64,000 nucleotides of DNA from contig CBDAOY010000009.1 of assembly GCA_965198225.1 (NCBI GenBank), forward strand, positions 1 through 64,000, given 5' to 3'. Below, piece by piece: positions 42,150 to 51,784 of this stretch. The position numbers and the translations under genes were made by a program. A model generated the notes under the pieces. It saw only the letters and a list, made by a program, of their open reading frames with translations. It searched no databases and had not been told where the DNA came from. Numbering within the stretch: position 1 is the stretch's first letter; each line of letters opens with the position of its first letter. This stretch comes from Terriglobia bacterium (GTDB taxonomy: Bacteria; Acidobacteriota; Terriglobia; 20CM-2-55-15).

Positions 42150-42501
42150 AGTGACGCCAGAGGAATTCGCAAACTTGAAGTCGCAAATTGCGACCTCAAA
42201 TTGCGGCGACCGATGAACGCTGCCGCGCGGGTTTACGGAGCAAGGCGTGGCCATGCTCTCAGGCATCCTTCGCCGCAAGACCGCCGTACAGGTGAATGTG
42301 GCGATCATGCGTACCTTCGTCCGGCTCCGCTGGATGCTGGCGACCAATGAGGAGCTGGCCCGCAAGGTCGCGCAGCACGACCAGGCGATCAGTATTCTCT
42401 TCGAGCACATCCAAGGGTTACTGGGGCCGCCCGAACCGCCGAAAAAACATCCGATCGGCTTCCGGGTGACGGATGACGACGAGCACTACTTATTCGAATA
42501 G
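42150..42501 (+). pseudogene. ORF6N (KilA-N-like) domain protein remnant
   Basis: EEFANLKSQIATS / FTEQGVAMLSGIL / VNVAIMRTFVRLR / PIGF; 5' part missing. Confidence 0.8.
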
Positions 42502-42535
42502 CTAAATCGGAATTTCCGGTTGAGGAGAACAGTCC

Positions 42536-44854
42536 ATGCCAACGCTAAGCCTGAAGCTGGGCGACCAAGCGATCAATCTCACGAACGCGCGTGACCTGCT
42601 CAACTTGGCCGATTCCTCGCAAGGCTCGATCCTTTTCAAAATCGCCGACACAAGCTTAGCCGCTCACAAAGACAAGCCTCTCAGCGACCTCACCGATACC
42701 GAACTCCGCGTGGGGCTCAGTGTGGCGAACGATTCGAAGTGGAAGCTCGACGGCGGGGTTAACGTAAACTTCGGGATTGAAGCCTCGACCGAAGGCGCAC
42801 TGATCATTCGCAAGCAAGGCGCGTTGTTGCGCTATCGACTCGGGCACGGCAATCAGGACGACGTTGAAGTTATCGAGGTCCCCGGAGGTCACGCCTACGT
42901 TTCGGTGGAGTTGCCCGTCTCGTTGGGAATCGAGGGTGGCGCAAAATTCAGTCACGGAAACCTTGGCATTAACGCCGAGGCGTCCAAAAGCCTCAAATTC
43001 GTCATCGCCAACCACAAATGTATCCCTCTCGGCATGACCATAGGAGAGGCCTTGCGGGAGGCGTTAGAGAGATTCGAACTCCCCTTCAAACCCAAGGGTG
43101 TGGAGACGCTCGACGACAACGACTATTTAGAGTACGAGTTCATCGGCAAGCTTGCGTTGGGTTTCGGCCTCAACTACGGCGTGAAAGGAATTTTTCTGGG
43201 TGGGCGCAGCAACGGGGAGATCAAGCGGTCTTTTGAGTCGCCGCTCGGTAAGGCCGTCATCAAAGCCCGACCGTCGTTTCAAACGCGAGCGTCGTTCAGC
43301 ATCGATTACGAGCATGAGGATGCCTTCCGCGTCGTTGTCGGCAGGCACAAGAGACCCTCCGAAGGAATCAACACGGCGACGCTTTTCCTGTTCCGTATGG
43401 ATCAAAGCAAGCTCACAGTGCAGTTCAGTGCGGGGATTTCGCTCAGCGCCGGCGCGAGCGTCAAGTTCGATTTGGAGCTCGACAAAATTATCAATGCTGC
43501 TGCGAAAAAGATCACGGAGGGATTACCCGAGGGGGACGTTAGAGACGGGGCGTCCAAGGCTTTCAAGGAAGGGCTCAAGAAACAGGAGAATCGCCGGCAG
43601 TTGGAAAAGTATGTCAAGGAGGCGGATGAACGCGTCAACAAACTGCTAAAGAAGCTCGACAACAAGAAAGTCGAGCTTGCCGTTCTGCACGAGCGACTCG
43701 AGAAGGAGACTTCGCTTTTTAACTATGAATTTGATTTCAACCAGACGCCCGCGCTGGCCGAAGGTTATCCGTTGGCCGTTAAAGGCCAGTTCGCCCAAGC
43801 GATCGAGGTGGATGGCGTTACATTGTTGCCGGGCTCGTTTGTGGAAAATGAAGTGATTCGTCGAACGACGATCAACTTTCAGTTGTTTGATCTATTCCGA
43901 TTCAAGTCGATCACCGAGTACTTCAAGAAGTCCACGATGGTCTACGCGGGCCAAGGGGTGTTCCGGCTGCGTTTCGTCACGGGCGTCAAACATGAAAGCG
44001 GCAGGGTCGGCCCCACACGTCAAGTCGAAGTCTTCTATACAGCGGACGCGCTGACCAAAGATTCAATGTCCTTAGAGGACCTCGACGTGAAGATGCATTT
44101 CATCCTGAATGACCACGACAATCGCAAAGCCGCTCGGCAGACAGCCCGGGCGCTAAGTATGATAGCCGCTAGTTCGGATTTGGCACCGATCTCAGCCCGT
44201 CTCACGGAAGCGATCGAGAGCGACCCTACACCCCACGTGAAGGTCTCCTGCGTGTTTGATGAGTCGGCGTTCAAACATCTGAAGTCCGACAATTTCGTTG
44301 ACCGCAAGCCGAAGCCCCTACCGCACAAAGAAGACGAAGATAACTGGAATACCTTCGTGCAGGCGGTGAACTTCATCCATGCCGACGCAGGGTTTAATGG
44401 AGAAGGATTTCCCGATCTGGTGGAACCGTTCGACCAATGGAGCCTCTACAACCGGACGGCGATCGACCGGGAGGAATCCACGAAGCCGCCGAACCGCATG
44501 CAGGCCGGCAACATTGCAGTCGACTCGCGGTGGCCCTCATCCTGGACTGGATTCAGCGTGACGGAGCGCCGCTTCCTTTTCGACAGGCTGCTAGACGGCT
44601 GCAGGGGCCTGCTGGTCATGGGTAGTGGCCCCGGCGGTGCCCCCGCCCATCCCCCGCCTGGGGATCGCTCCCGTCCGATTTATCCCTGCGGGAAGGCTCG
44701 GATTCGGGCCGAAACAGGAGGCGGGAAGCGCCTGGGCCGGCGCGGGCAATTGGAGCCAGGACCGGAAAGAAACCGGGGCCGGAAACAAGCCCCGGTGGGG
44801 CTGGAGGGTGGAGCGGGTTTTGACCGGGAAAACGGTTGGGGGATAGCGGAATGA
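42536..44854 (+). CDS. large hypothetical protein (~690 aa genuine, C-terminus probably truncated at ~44590)
   Basis: GAGGAG RBS; long ORF with alternating-polarity beta strands and a central coiled coil; last ~85 codons are low-complexity Gly/Pro/Arg. Confidence 0.8.
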   Translation: MPTLSLKLGDQAINLTNARDLLNLADSSQGSILFKIADTSLAAHKDKPLSDLTDTELRVGLSVANDSKWKLDGGVNVNFGIEASTEGALIIRKQGALLRYRLGHGNQDDVEVIEVPGGHAYVSVELPVSLGIEGGAKFSHGNLGINAEASKSLKFVIANHKCIPLGMTIGEALREALERFELPFKPKGVETLDDNDYLEYEFIGKLALGFGLNYGVKGIFLGGRSNGEIKRSFESPLGKAVIKARPSFQTRASFSIDYEHEDAFRVVVGRHKRPSEGINTATLFLFRMDQSKLTVQFSAGISLSAGASVKFDLELDKIINAAAKKITEGLPEGDVRDGASKAFKEGLKKQENRRQLEKYVKEADERVNKLLKKLDNKKVELAVLHERLEKETSLFNYEFDFNQTPALAEGYPLAVKGQFAQAIEVDGVTLLPGSFVENEVIRRTTINFQLFDLFRFKSITEYFKKSTMVYAGQGVFRLRFVTGVKHESGRVGPTRQVEVFYTADALTKDSMSLEDLDVKMHFILNDHDNRKAARQTARALSMIAASSDLAPISARLTEAIESDPTPHVKVSCVFDESAFKHLKSDNFVDRKPKPLPHKEDEDNWNTFVQAVNFIHADAGFNGEGFPDLVEPFDQWSLYNRTAIDREESTKPPNRMQAGNIAVDSRWPSSWTGFSVTERRFLFDRLLDGCRGLLVMGSGPGGAPAHPPPGDRSRPIYPCGKARIRAETGGGKRLGRRGQLEPGPERNRGRKQAPVGLEGGAGFDRENGWGIAE

Positions 44855-46911
44855 GAGGGCGGCATTACTTCCTGATTGTCGTTGGCGCGGTCGTTGCCGG
44901 GTGGGGATTCTACTACCGACCATTTCCGCCGATTGCCGGCATTCCCCCTTTCGTCATCATGGACATCTACTACCCCAATTCCCTCCTGGCCATCAAGCTC
45001 TGGTACTACGCCTTACCCGGCGTTGCCGTCTCGGGCGGGGGGCTCATTCTGCTGTCCCTCTGGCGGGTGTATTTCGAGAAGTGGGATCGAAGGGGTTCGG
45101 GCAAGGGGAAGCTCCCGACGTGGCCCCTGGACCCGGAAGCGGACGGACCCTCAATCGTCGTCGGGGAGGTCCACCACCCGGTCGCCGTCCAGGAGGTCCG
45201 CCGCCCCTCCTGGCTCACTATTCCAGAGCGGGGACTCTATACCGGAGTCGCCATCTTCGGGGCCGTGGGATCGGGCAAGACTTCGGCCTGCATGCACCCC
45301 TTCGCCTCCCAGCTTCTCGGCTGGCGGGCCGGGGATCCGGAGCGGCGGGCGGCGGCCCTGGTCCTGGAAGTCAAGGGCGACTTCTGCCATGACATCCGCA
45401 AGATTCTGGCCGGGGCGGGGCGCGGGGAGGATTACGTCGAGTTGAGCATGGATGGGCGGTGGTACTGGAACCCGCTCGCCGCTCCATGGCTCGATTCCTA
45501 CTCGCTGGCCTACACCATCTCGAGCCTGCTCAACCAACTCTTCGGCAAGGGCAAGGACCCGTTCTGGCAACAAGCCTATACCAATCTCGTCCGCTGGATT
45601 ATCGAGCTGCACCGGGTGTTGCCCGGAGGGTGGGTCACATTGCAGGACGTTTATCGCTGCACGATCAGCCCGGCCCTGCTGGCGGCAAAGATCGAGAAGG
45701 CCGAACAGGCCGCCCTGCGGGGGCAGGACGGCACGTTGCAAATCACGCGGAAGGCGTTCGCCAACTCCAAAGGACTCGATGCCTGGAAATGGACCCCCAT
45801 CGAAAACACCGATTACACCGAGGCGGAGTATTCGGCGGAACTGCGGAACAAGCTGATCGAACTGAAGGTGAACTACGAAGAAGACTGGCCCCAAAGCGAA
45901 GGCGCGGGACAGGAACGTGTAGAGCACGTGTGGGCGGTCCAGCGCTGGTACCAGGAAGACTGGATGAAACTCGATAACAAGGTGCGGTCCTCGGTCGTTG
46001 AAGGCGTGGCCGTATTCCTGTCCATGTTCGACCTGCCCGAAGTGGCGCGGGTGTTCTGTCCCGGCCCGCCCCAGAAATGGGACCCCGCGGTCGAGGCGAA
46101 GCGGCGGGCGGCGGTCCCGGACCCGGACGACGAGATCACGAGCGGCGGCGGCGTATTGGCAACTTCGATCAAGCGCCACCTGCCCCCGATGGATGAATTG
46201 ATCGAGAGCGGCAAGGTGCTGGCGCTCAATATGCCGGCCGGGGCCAATCCGGCGCTCGCCCGCGCCATCGGCGTCATGCTCAAGAACGCATGGCTCCAAA
46301 CCCTGCTCCGGCGGCCGGCCCGGATGAAGGAATCGCCGCAGCGCTACTTCCGGCCCGCCGTCTTTATCTGCGATGAATACCAGTCCTTCGCCTCGGTCGG
46401 CGAGGACGATCCTTCCGGCGACGAGAAGGCGTTCGCCCTCACCCGGCAATGCCGCGTCATTCCGATTGTCGCCACACAATCTATTTCCTCGCTCCGGTCG
46501 GTCCTGGGAAGCTCGGAGGCCTGGCGCACCTTGCTTCAAACATTGCGGACCCGGATCTTCCTGTCCCTGAGCGATGACGCCTCGGCCCGGATCGCATCGG
46601 AGTTGTGCGGACAGGTGGCCAAGATCAAGGGATCCTACACGCTCACCGAATCGGCGAAGCGGGCCGGTATCTCCCCCCTCTCGGGACGGGCCGGGGGCGG
46701 AGCCGGAAACATCGGCGCGAGCAAATCCTTCCAGGAACGCAGGGAGGCCGTCTTCCATCCCCGGGACTTCGCCCTGCTGTCGAACTGCCAGGCCATCTGC
46801 CTCCCCTATGACGGGGCGCAGTCGCTCGAACCACGGAGGGTCTATCTCAAACCCCACTACCTGCCCCGGGACCATTCCTACTGGCGGCAACTCAGGGACG
46901 GGCGGCTATGA
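44851..46911 (+). CDS. type IV coupling protein (VirD4/TraD-like)
   Basis: Two N-terminal TM segments, FGAVGSGKT, LEVKGDF, FICDEYQ, ATQSISSL. Confidence 0.88.
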   Translation: MRGRHYFLIVVGAVVAGWGFYYRPFPPIAGIPPFVIMDIYYPNSLLAIKLWYYALPGVAVSGGGLILLSLWRVYFEKWDRRGSGKGKLPTWPLDPEADGPSIVVGEVHHPVAVQEVRRPSWLTIPERGLYTGVAIFGAVGSGKTSACMHPFASQLLGWRAGDPERRAAALVLEVKGDFCHDIRKILAGAGRGEDYVELSMDGRWYWNPLAAPWLDSYSLAYTISSLLNQLFGKGKDPFWQQAYTNLVRWIIELHRVLPGGWVTLQDVYRCTISPALLAAKIEKAEQAALRGQDGTLQITRKAFANSKGLDAWKWTPIENTDYTEAEYSAELRNKLIELKVNYEEDWPQSEGAGQERVEHVWAVQRWYQEDWMKLDNKVRSSVVEGVAVFLSMFDLPEVARVFCPGPPQKWDPAVEAKRRAAVPDPDDEITSGGGVLATSIKRHLPPMDELIESGKVLALNMPAGANPALARAIGVMLKNAWLQTLLRRPARMKESPQRYFRPAVFICDEYQSFASVGEDDPSGDEKAFALTRQCRVIPIVATQSISSLRSVLGSSEAWRTLLQTLRTRIFLSLSDDASARIASELCGQVAKIKGSYTLTESAKRAGISPLSGRAGGGAGNIGASKSFQERREAVFHPRDFALLSNCQAICLPYDGAQSLEPRRVYLKPHYLPRDHSYWRQLRDGRL

Positions 46912-47900
46912 GCGGGGCCAGTGGCCTCGAATACCTCAAGCCGTTCCTGCCGGGACTGGAACCCGTGCTGGCGGACCCGGACGTGAGCGAGATCATGATC
47001 AACGGCCCGAACAACGTCTGGATCGAACGGGCCGGGAAACTCCAACCCCACCCGGCGCCCGCGCTCGATCGGCGGGCACTGGCCCGCGCGGCCATCCATA
47101 TTGCGCGGCCCCTGGGCCTGGACCCGGCACAGAAGCCTATCGTGGATGCACGCCTGGAAGACGGATCGCGTGTCGCCATCTGCGTCCCGCCGGCCAGTCC
47201 CCGGGTGGCCATCACCGTGCGGCGCTTCGGCAAGCGGAGTTTTTCTCCCGACGATCTGGTGCGGCTCGGTTCCCTGCCCCCGGAGGTGTTCGCCGCGGCG
47301 CGCAAGGCGCTGCTGGGACAACAGAACATTCTCGTGTCGGGCGGAACCGGATCGGGCAAGACTACCCTGCTCAATGCGCTGATCGAACTGCTGCCCTCCG
47401 ACGACCGGATTGTTTCGATCGAGGACACGCTCGAGCTGCGGATCGACCAATCCAATTGCGTCCGCTTCGAGGCGCGCGGCATCGACAGCGGAGCGGTGAC
47501 GATCCGGGACCTCGTCAAACACGCACTCCGCCATCGACCGGACCATATCGTCGTGGGCGAGGTCCGGGGCGGCGAGGCCGCCGATCTTCTCCAGGCCCTC
47601 AACACCGGACACGGCGGCTCGCTGACCACGATCCACGCCAACAACGCCGAATCGGCCCTTTCGCGGCTGGCCAGCTGCGCTATGCAGGGTGGCGGCGATC
47701 TTCCCTGGGAAGTCACCTGCCGGGGCGTCACGGACGGAATCTCCATGGTCATTCACATGACGCGGCGCGACGGGAAGCGATACGTCGAGGAAGCGCTCCA
47801 CGTCGGCGACTACGACGTGGACAAGCGGCGCTGGCACTACCGGCCCGTCGCGTTTCCATCGCCACACCCCCGCCCCACACTGAGAGAGGTAAAACCATGA
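46908..47900 (+). CDS. VirB11/CpaF family secretion ATPase
   Basis: EIMING, VDARLEDGSR, SGGTGSGKTT, IEDTLEL, RPDHIVVGEVRG, NTGHGG. Confidence 0.93.
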   Translation: MSGASGLEYLKPFLPGLEPVLADPDVSEIMINGPNNVWIERAGKLQPHPAPALDRRALARAAIHIARPLGLDPAQKPIVDARLEDGSRVAICVPPASPRVAITVRRFGKRSFSPDDLVRLGSLPPEVFAAARKALLGQQNILVSGGTGSGKTTLLNALIELLPSDDRIVSIEDTLELRIDQSNCVRFEARGIDSGAVTIRDLVKHALRHRPDHIVVGEVRGGEAADLLQALNTGHGGSLTTIHANNAESALSRLASCAMQGGGDLPWEVTCRGVTDGISMVIHMTRRDGKRYVEEALHVGDYDVDKRRWHYRPVAFPSPHPRPTLREVKP

Positions 47901-48600
47901 CGGATACAGCGAAGCGCTTACGGAAGAACCGGGCCGCACGGCTCGGCGCGCTGATGGCCTTCGCAGCGATTATCGCCCTTGCGATGGCCGGACAGTGGGC
48001 CGGACCCATCACGATGCGTGTGGAGCGCGTCGTTGACGGCGATACCCTGGTGGTTCGCTATCAAGACGAGAGCCACACCGTCCGCCTCGTCGGAGTGGAT
48101 ACCCCCGAAACGGTGCATCCCACCCGGGCCGTGCAGTATTTCGGGGCCGAGGCGTCCGCTTTCACCAGGGCCCGGCTGGAGGGCAAGACGATGCACTTCG
48201 TACGGGATCGTATCGGGGATAGCGCGATCCCTTCGGGCGGCTATTGCGCCATGTCTATCTCGATGGCGAAAACTCCAATGCCACCCTCATCCGCGAAGGC
48301 TACGGCCATGCGATTCGCGGATTCGATGACTCGATGCGGCGCGACTTTATCGCGCTCGATAATCAGGCCCGCGATCAGAGGCGGGGCTTATGGGGCCGTC
48401 CGCGTCAGGCGGGTTACGCCAACCAGATCATCTTGGCGTGTTCCCCGGCCGTGGGGCCGCGACACGCGCCGGTTCGAACCACCGCAATACGAGATATGGC
48501 GTCCGCCGGCGCGGCCCCTTCGCCCGTCCCCAGGAACACCCGTCAAGCTGGACTGCAAGCGCCGTCCCGATCGCTGGAGGTAACGCGTGGGTTGCTCTGA
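47897..48600 (+). pseudogene. thermonuclease-family (ParB/SNase) protein, frameshifted at ~48230
   Basis: VVDGDTL, VRLVGVDTPE; second frame NATLIREGY...ARDQRRGLW. Confidence 0.82.
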
Positions 48601-48861
48601 CAATCGCTGCCCGACACCGCCCGGATCATGGATCGAGTGCGCCATTATCCGCTTGCCGATGTTGGGTCCGGTGGCCCGGCGCACCTCTCGCGCCAGACCG
48701 GGAGCCCGCTTCGCGGAGTCTGTCCGTCGAGTTGCCTTTTGCCGGGCGGGCCCGTCCCCAGCATCGGCTTACGCGCGTCCCCTTCAATCAGGGCTTGCCT
48801 TTGTCGCCTGTCTTTGTGAACGACAAAGATCAAACCCTTAACTCTCAGGAGGAAAAACATC

Positions 48862-49128
48862 ATGGCGAATCAACCCATTGACGAAATCCGGATCGGTGCC
48901 GTCAAGGCGACGATTTGGCGGAACGGAACCGAGGACCGCCCCCGGCACAACATCACCTTCGCCCGTCTCTACAAGGACGGCGATACCTGGAAGTCCACGC
49001 AGAGCTTCGGGCGGGACGACCTCTTGGTGCTGGCGAAGGTGGCCGACCACGCGCATTCGGAAATCTTCGCGCTTTCGCTGGAAGCCGCCGCGAAGGCCGC
49101 CGCGGAGGAGGACACGCCAGAGGCATAA
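48862..49128 (+). CDS. small plasmid/ICE protein, putative ssDNA-binding
   Basis: AGGAGG RBS; IRIGAVKATIW.N...RLYKDG..WKSTQSFGRDDL, acidic tail. Confidence 0.7.
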   Translation: MANQPIDEIRIGAVKATIWRNGTEDRPRHNITFARLYKDGDTWKSTQSFGRDDLLVLAKVADHAHSEIFALSLEAAAKAAAEEDTPEA

Positions 49129-49539
49129 CCCAACGCGGACGCGGCGGGGATCAACCCCGCCGTGATCCGCGCCGCGCGCTTCTTCCCCGTTTCGTCCGGC
49201 ATCGCCCGGATCACAGCGTGGTGGGGGCGGCCTGGGGCGGGGAGGCCTCCGTCCTGCTGTAGGCCTCAACCTAAGCGCTCGGCGGCTCGGAGAAACTCCC
49301 CGAGACGGAATTGCACGAAGCCAGGGAAAGCTAAGGACATGCCGTATGTTGAGGGATGACAGCTTCGGGTTAAGCACTCGGGAGGCATACCTGCCATCCA
49401 CGACGGGCGCAAAGCCATGGGTCCTGGGTTGCCGATCCAGCGGCATCCTGCCGGAGAACGGGCGGAACCTGTTTAACCTGACAGAACCTGAATACGACAG
49501 TCGGGTTCCCGCGGGTGAAGTCCCGGCCGATCTCCCCGG

Positions 49540-49820
49540 TGGACCAGCGCCAGTGATCCGCGAAGCTTCGCTCCAGGCTCGGCGCCACTTCACCCTTGCC
49601 GATCAGGTGAACCAACTTGTCGCGGCCAGTGAAGCGGACCCCGAAACGGGGTTCATATCGCGGATGCTGGCGCTGTGTTCTCAGTCCCGCACCAACCCCG
49701 GCAACCGGATTCAGTACAAGCGGCGCAACGGCCCCTACACGCCCTACATGACCGCGGGCGGTGACAACAATCTTCCTTTCGGCACCCCGGCCCACCTACT
49801 GATGGTTTGGTTGTGTATCG
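49540..49820 (+). pseudogene. plasmid replication initiator RepA fragment
   Basis: GFISRMLALCS..RTNPG...YKRRNGPY...LPFG...LL..WLC resembles IncW-type RepA; truncated. Confidence 0.65.
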
Positions 49821-50158
49821 AATGGATTCCATGGCCGATCTTGGCGATGATCGCCACCTCTACGCCTTACCCGACCTTGTCCTTCATGCCATGGATTTCG
49901 CGGGCGCTTTCGGTTTCATTGATGCGGATTGTACTCAGTATGCTGAAATCGTCGCTTGTTTCCTCGCGCACATTATCAACAGCGGAAAAAACGCTCAAGC
50001 TGTCGAAATGTCACAACTCCACGATATACGTCACTGCATCATATAAAGCAGGATACACGGTCTTTGAAGCGGCCCATCGCATAGTGTTCTGTGGGCATTC
50101 CCCTGATGCGAGAATCAGTAGCGATTCACCCCTGACTCTTTTGGGGAGTAGGTGAACG

Positions 50159-50398
50159 ATGATCGGAAAAGCAGTCGCCTTGATCCAGGTCCCGAACCAG
50201 CGCCTGTTCAGCATGAGAGCGGCGGCGCGATATCTCGGGCTTCACGAACAGACCCTGCGCAAGCTGTCCGATACGGCAGCCCTCCCTGTCCGTCGGCTCG
50301 GAAACCGCCGGGTGTTCCTGCTCGACGATCTGGATCGCTACATCGAGTCACTCCCCGAGTGGTACCCTGTAAGCGGTGACGAAAACCCGCGACAATAG
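50159..50398 (+). CDS. excisionase-like HTH protein
   Basis: LFSMRAAARYLGLHEQTLRK...LDDLDRYI; just upstream of the integrase. Confidence 0.8.
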   Translation: MIGKAVALIQVPNQRLFSMRAAARYLGLHEQTLRKLSDTAALPVRRLGNRRVFLLDDLDRYIESLPEWYPVSGDENPRQ

Positions 50399-50411
50399 TA
50401 AGGAGTACCGT

Positions 50412-51464
50412 ATGCCTATACATGAACGGCGCGACCGTCGCGGGCGCGTCAGAATCTATGTCGACAAGCAGTGGCCGGACGGCACCCGTTTCAGGCGGGT
50501 AATGCCAAACCGGACCAGAGCGAAGAATACGCTCGCCCGCATCGAGGGAAGCATCGCCACGGGAACGTGGCCGACAACAAAGGAGTCTCTGGAACGGGGG
50601 CGGGATCCGTTGGAGGACCCGACGATCGCCGAATTCACACCCCTGTACTTGGAATATTGTCGGAAGCAGAATCGGCGGCCGGAGTTCAAGAAGTTCGCCT
50701 TGGACCCGGTCGTGAGAGTTCTAGGGCGCCTTCGGGTTCGGGAGGTGCGACGGAAGCACGGACATGTTTTCGTTGAAGCCCGCTCCCGAGAGGTTTCGTC
50801 CGCAACGGTGAATCGCAGCATTGCCGTCCTGAGTCACTTGCTGACGTACGCGATGGATCGGGGCATCATCGAGACCCATCCGCTTGCCCGGTTTCCGCAT
50901 CTGCCGGAACCGATATCCAAGCTTCGGGTGATGACACCTGAAGAGGCAGACCGCCTAGTTGCTGCCACGTATCAGATCGATCCAGTCATCGGTGTGTTCG
51001 TCGATGTGCTGGCTGAGACTGGGCTTCGCAAGTCCGAAGCTCTGGCGCTCTGCTGGCCAGAGGTCGACTTGCAAGCGAGACGATTGACTGTGGCCGAAAG
51101 CAAGAGTGGTAAGCTCCGGCACGTTCCGATTACGGAGAGGGCCGCGACCGCTTTGCGTTCGTTCGTTCGAGCGATCGATGAGCCGCATGTCTTCGTTCAT
51201 CCCGTGACGGGGCAACCCTGGCGGGACCCGCGAGTGCCTTTCGCAAAAGCAAGAACAGCGGTGGGGCCATCCTGGGTGGGTTTCCATGATTTCCGGCACT
51301 ACCGGGCGACCCAGTGGGTGAAGCTCGGCATGCCGCTCCGGGAAGTGAAGGAGTTCCTGGGGCACCGTTACATCGATACCACGATGCGTTACGCACACTT
51401 CGTTGAAGATCACGCGTGGCCGATGGCCCGCGAGATTGAGCGCAAAGAAGCGGCCAGCCGTTAG
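50412..51464 (+). CDS. tyrosine recombinase/integrase
   Basis: TGLRKSE, SKSGK, HDFRH, LGH, TTMRY all present; AAGGAG RBS; ends 83 bp from the tRNA 3' end. Confidence 0.95.
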   Translation: MPIHERRDRRGRVRIYVDKQWPDGTRFRRVMPNRTRAKNTLARIEGSIATGTWPTTKESLERGRDPLEDPTIAEFTPLYLEYCRKQNRRPEFKKFALDPVVRVLGRLRVREVRRKHGHVFVEARSREVSSATVNRSIAVLSHLLTYAMDRGIIETHPLARFPHLPEPISKLRVMTPEEADRLVAATYQIDPVIGVFVDVLAETGLRKSEALALCWPEVDLQARRLTVAESKSGKLRHVPITERAATALRSFVRAIDEPHVFVHPVTGQPWRDPRVPFAKARTAVGPSWVGFHDFRHYRATQWVKLGMPLREVKEFLGHRYIDTTMRYAHFVEDHAWPMAREIERKEAASR

Positions 51465-51547
51465 TGGCTGGACGAAAACTGGACGACAATCGTGCAGGAT
51501 GGAACAGAGGCAGTGACTGTTGAGGGCTAAGGCGCTGAAACCAAAAG

Positions 51548-51631
51548 TGCCGAAAAGAGGACTCGAACCTCCACGGGGTTGCCCCCACTAGATCCTGAAT
51601 CTAGCGCGTCTGCCAATTCCGCCATTTCGGC
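51548..51631 (-). tRNA. tRNA-Leu(CAG)
   Basis: GCCGAAATGGCGGAATTGGCAGACGCGCTAGATTCAGGATCTAG...long variable arm...GGTTCGAGTCC...TCGGCA; CCA not encoded. Confidence 0.96.
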
Positions 51632-51784
51632 TTGAGCATTAAATTTAGAGAGGTTTGACGGCGAAGTCAACGTAGGCTGGAATCGTGCTTCGCTTTAAGA
51701 TGTGCGGTCATAGACCGCACCGACACCTCCCCAACCGCTAAGTCATGATTGTAAAATAGCTTCGGTTGCGGAAATACTGAAGGG

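Noticed and set aside
45151-48583. 579-aa antisense and 669-aa alternative-frame ORFs over virD4/virB11
   Set aside because: Shadow frames; only the part from 47897 (nuclease) is real
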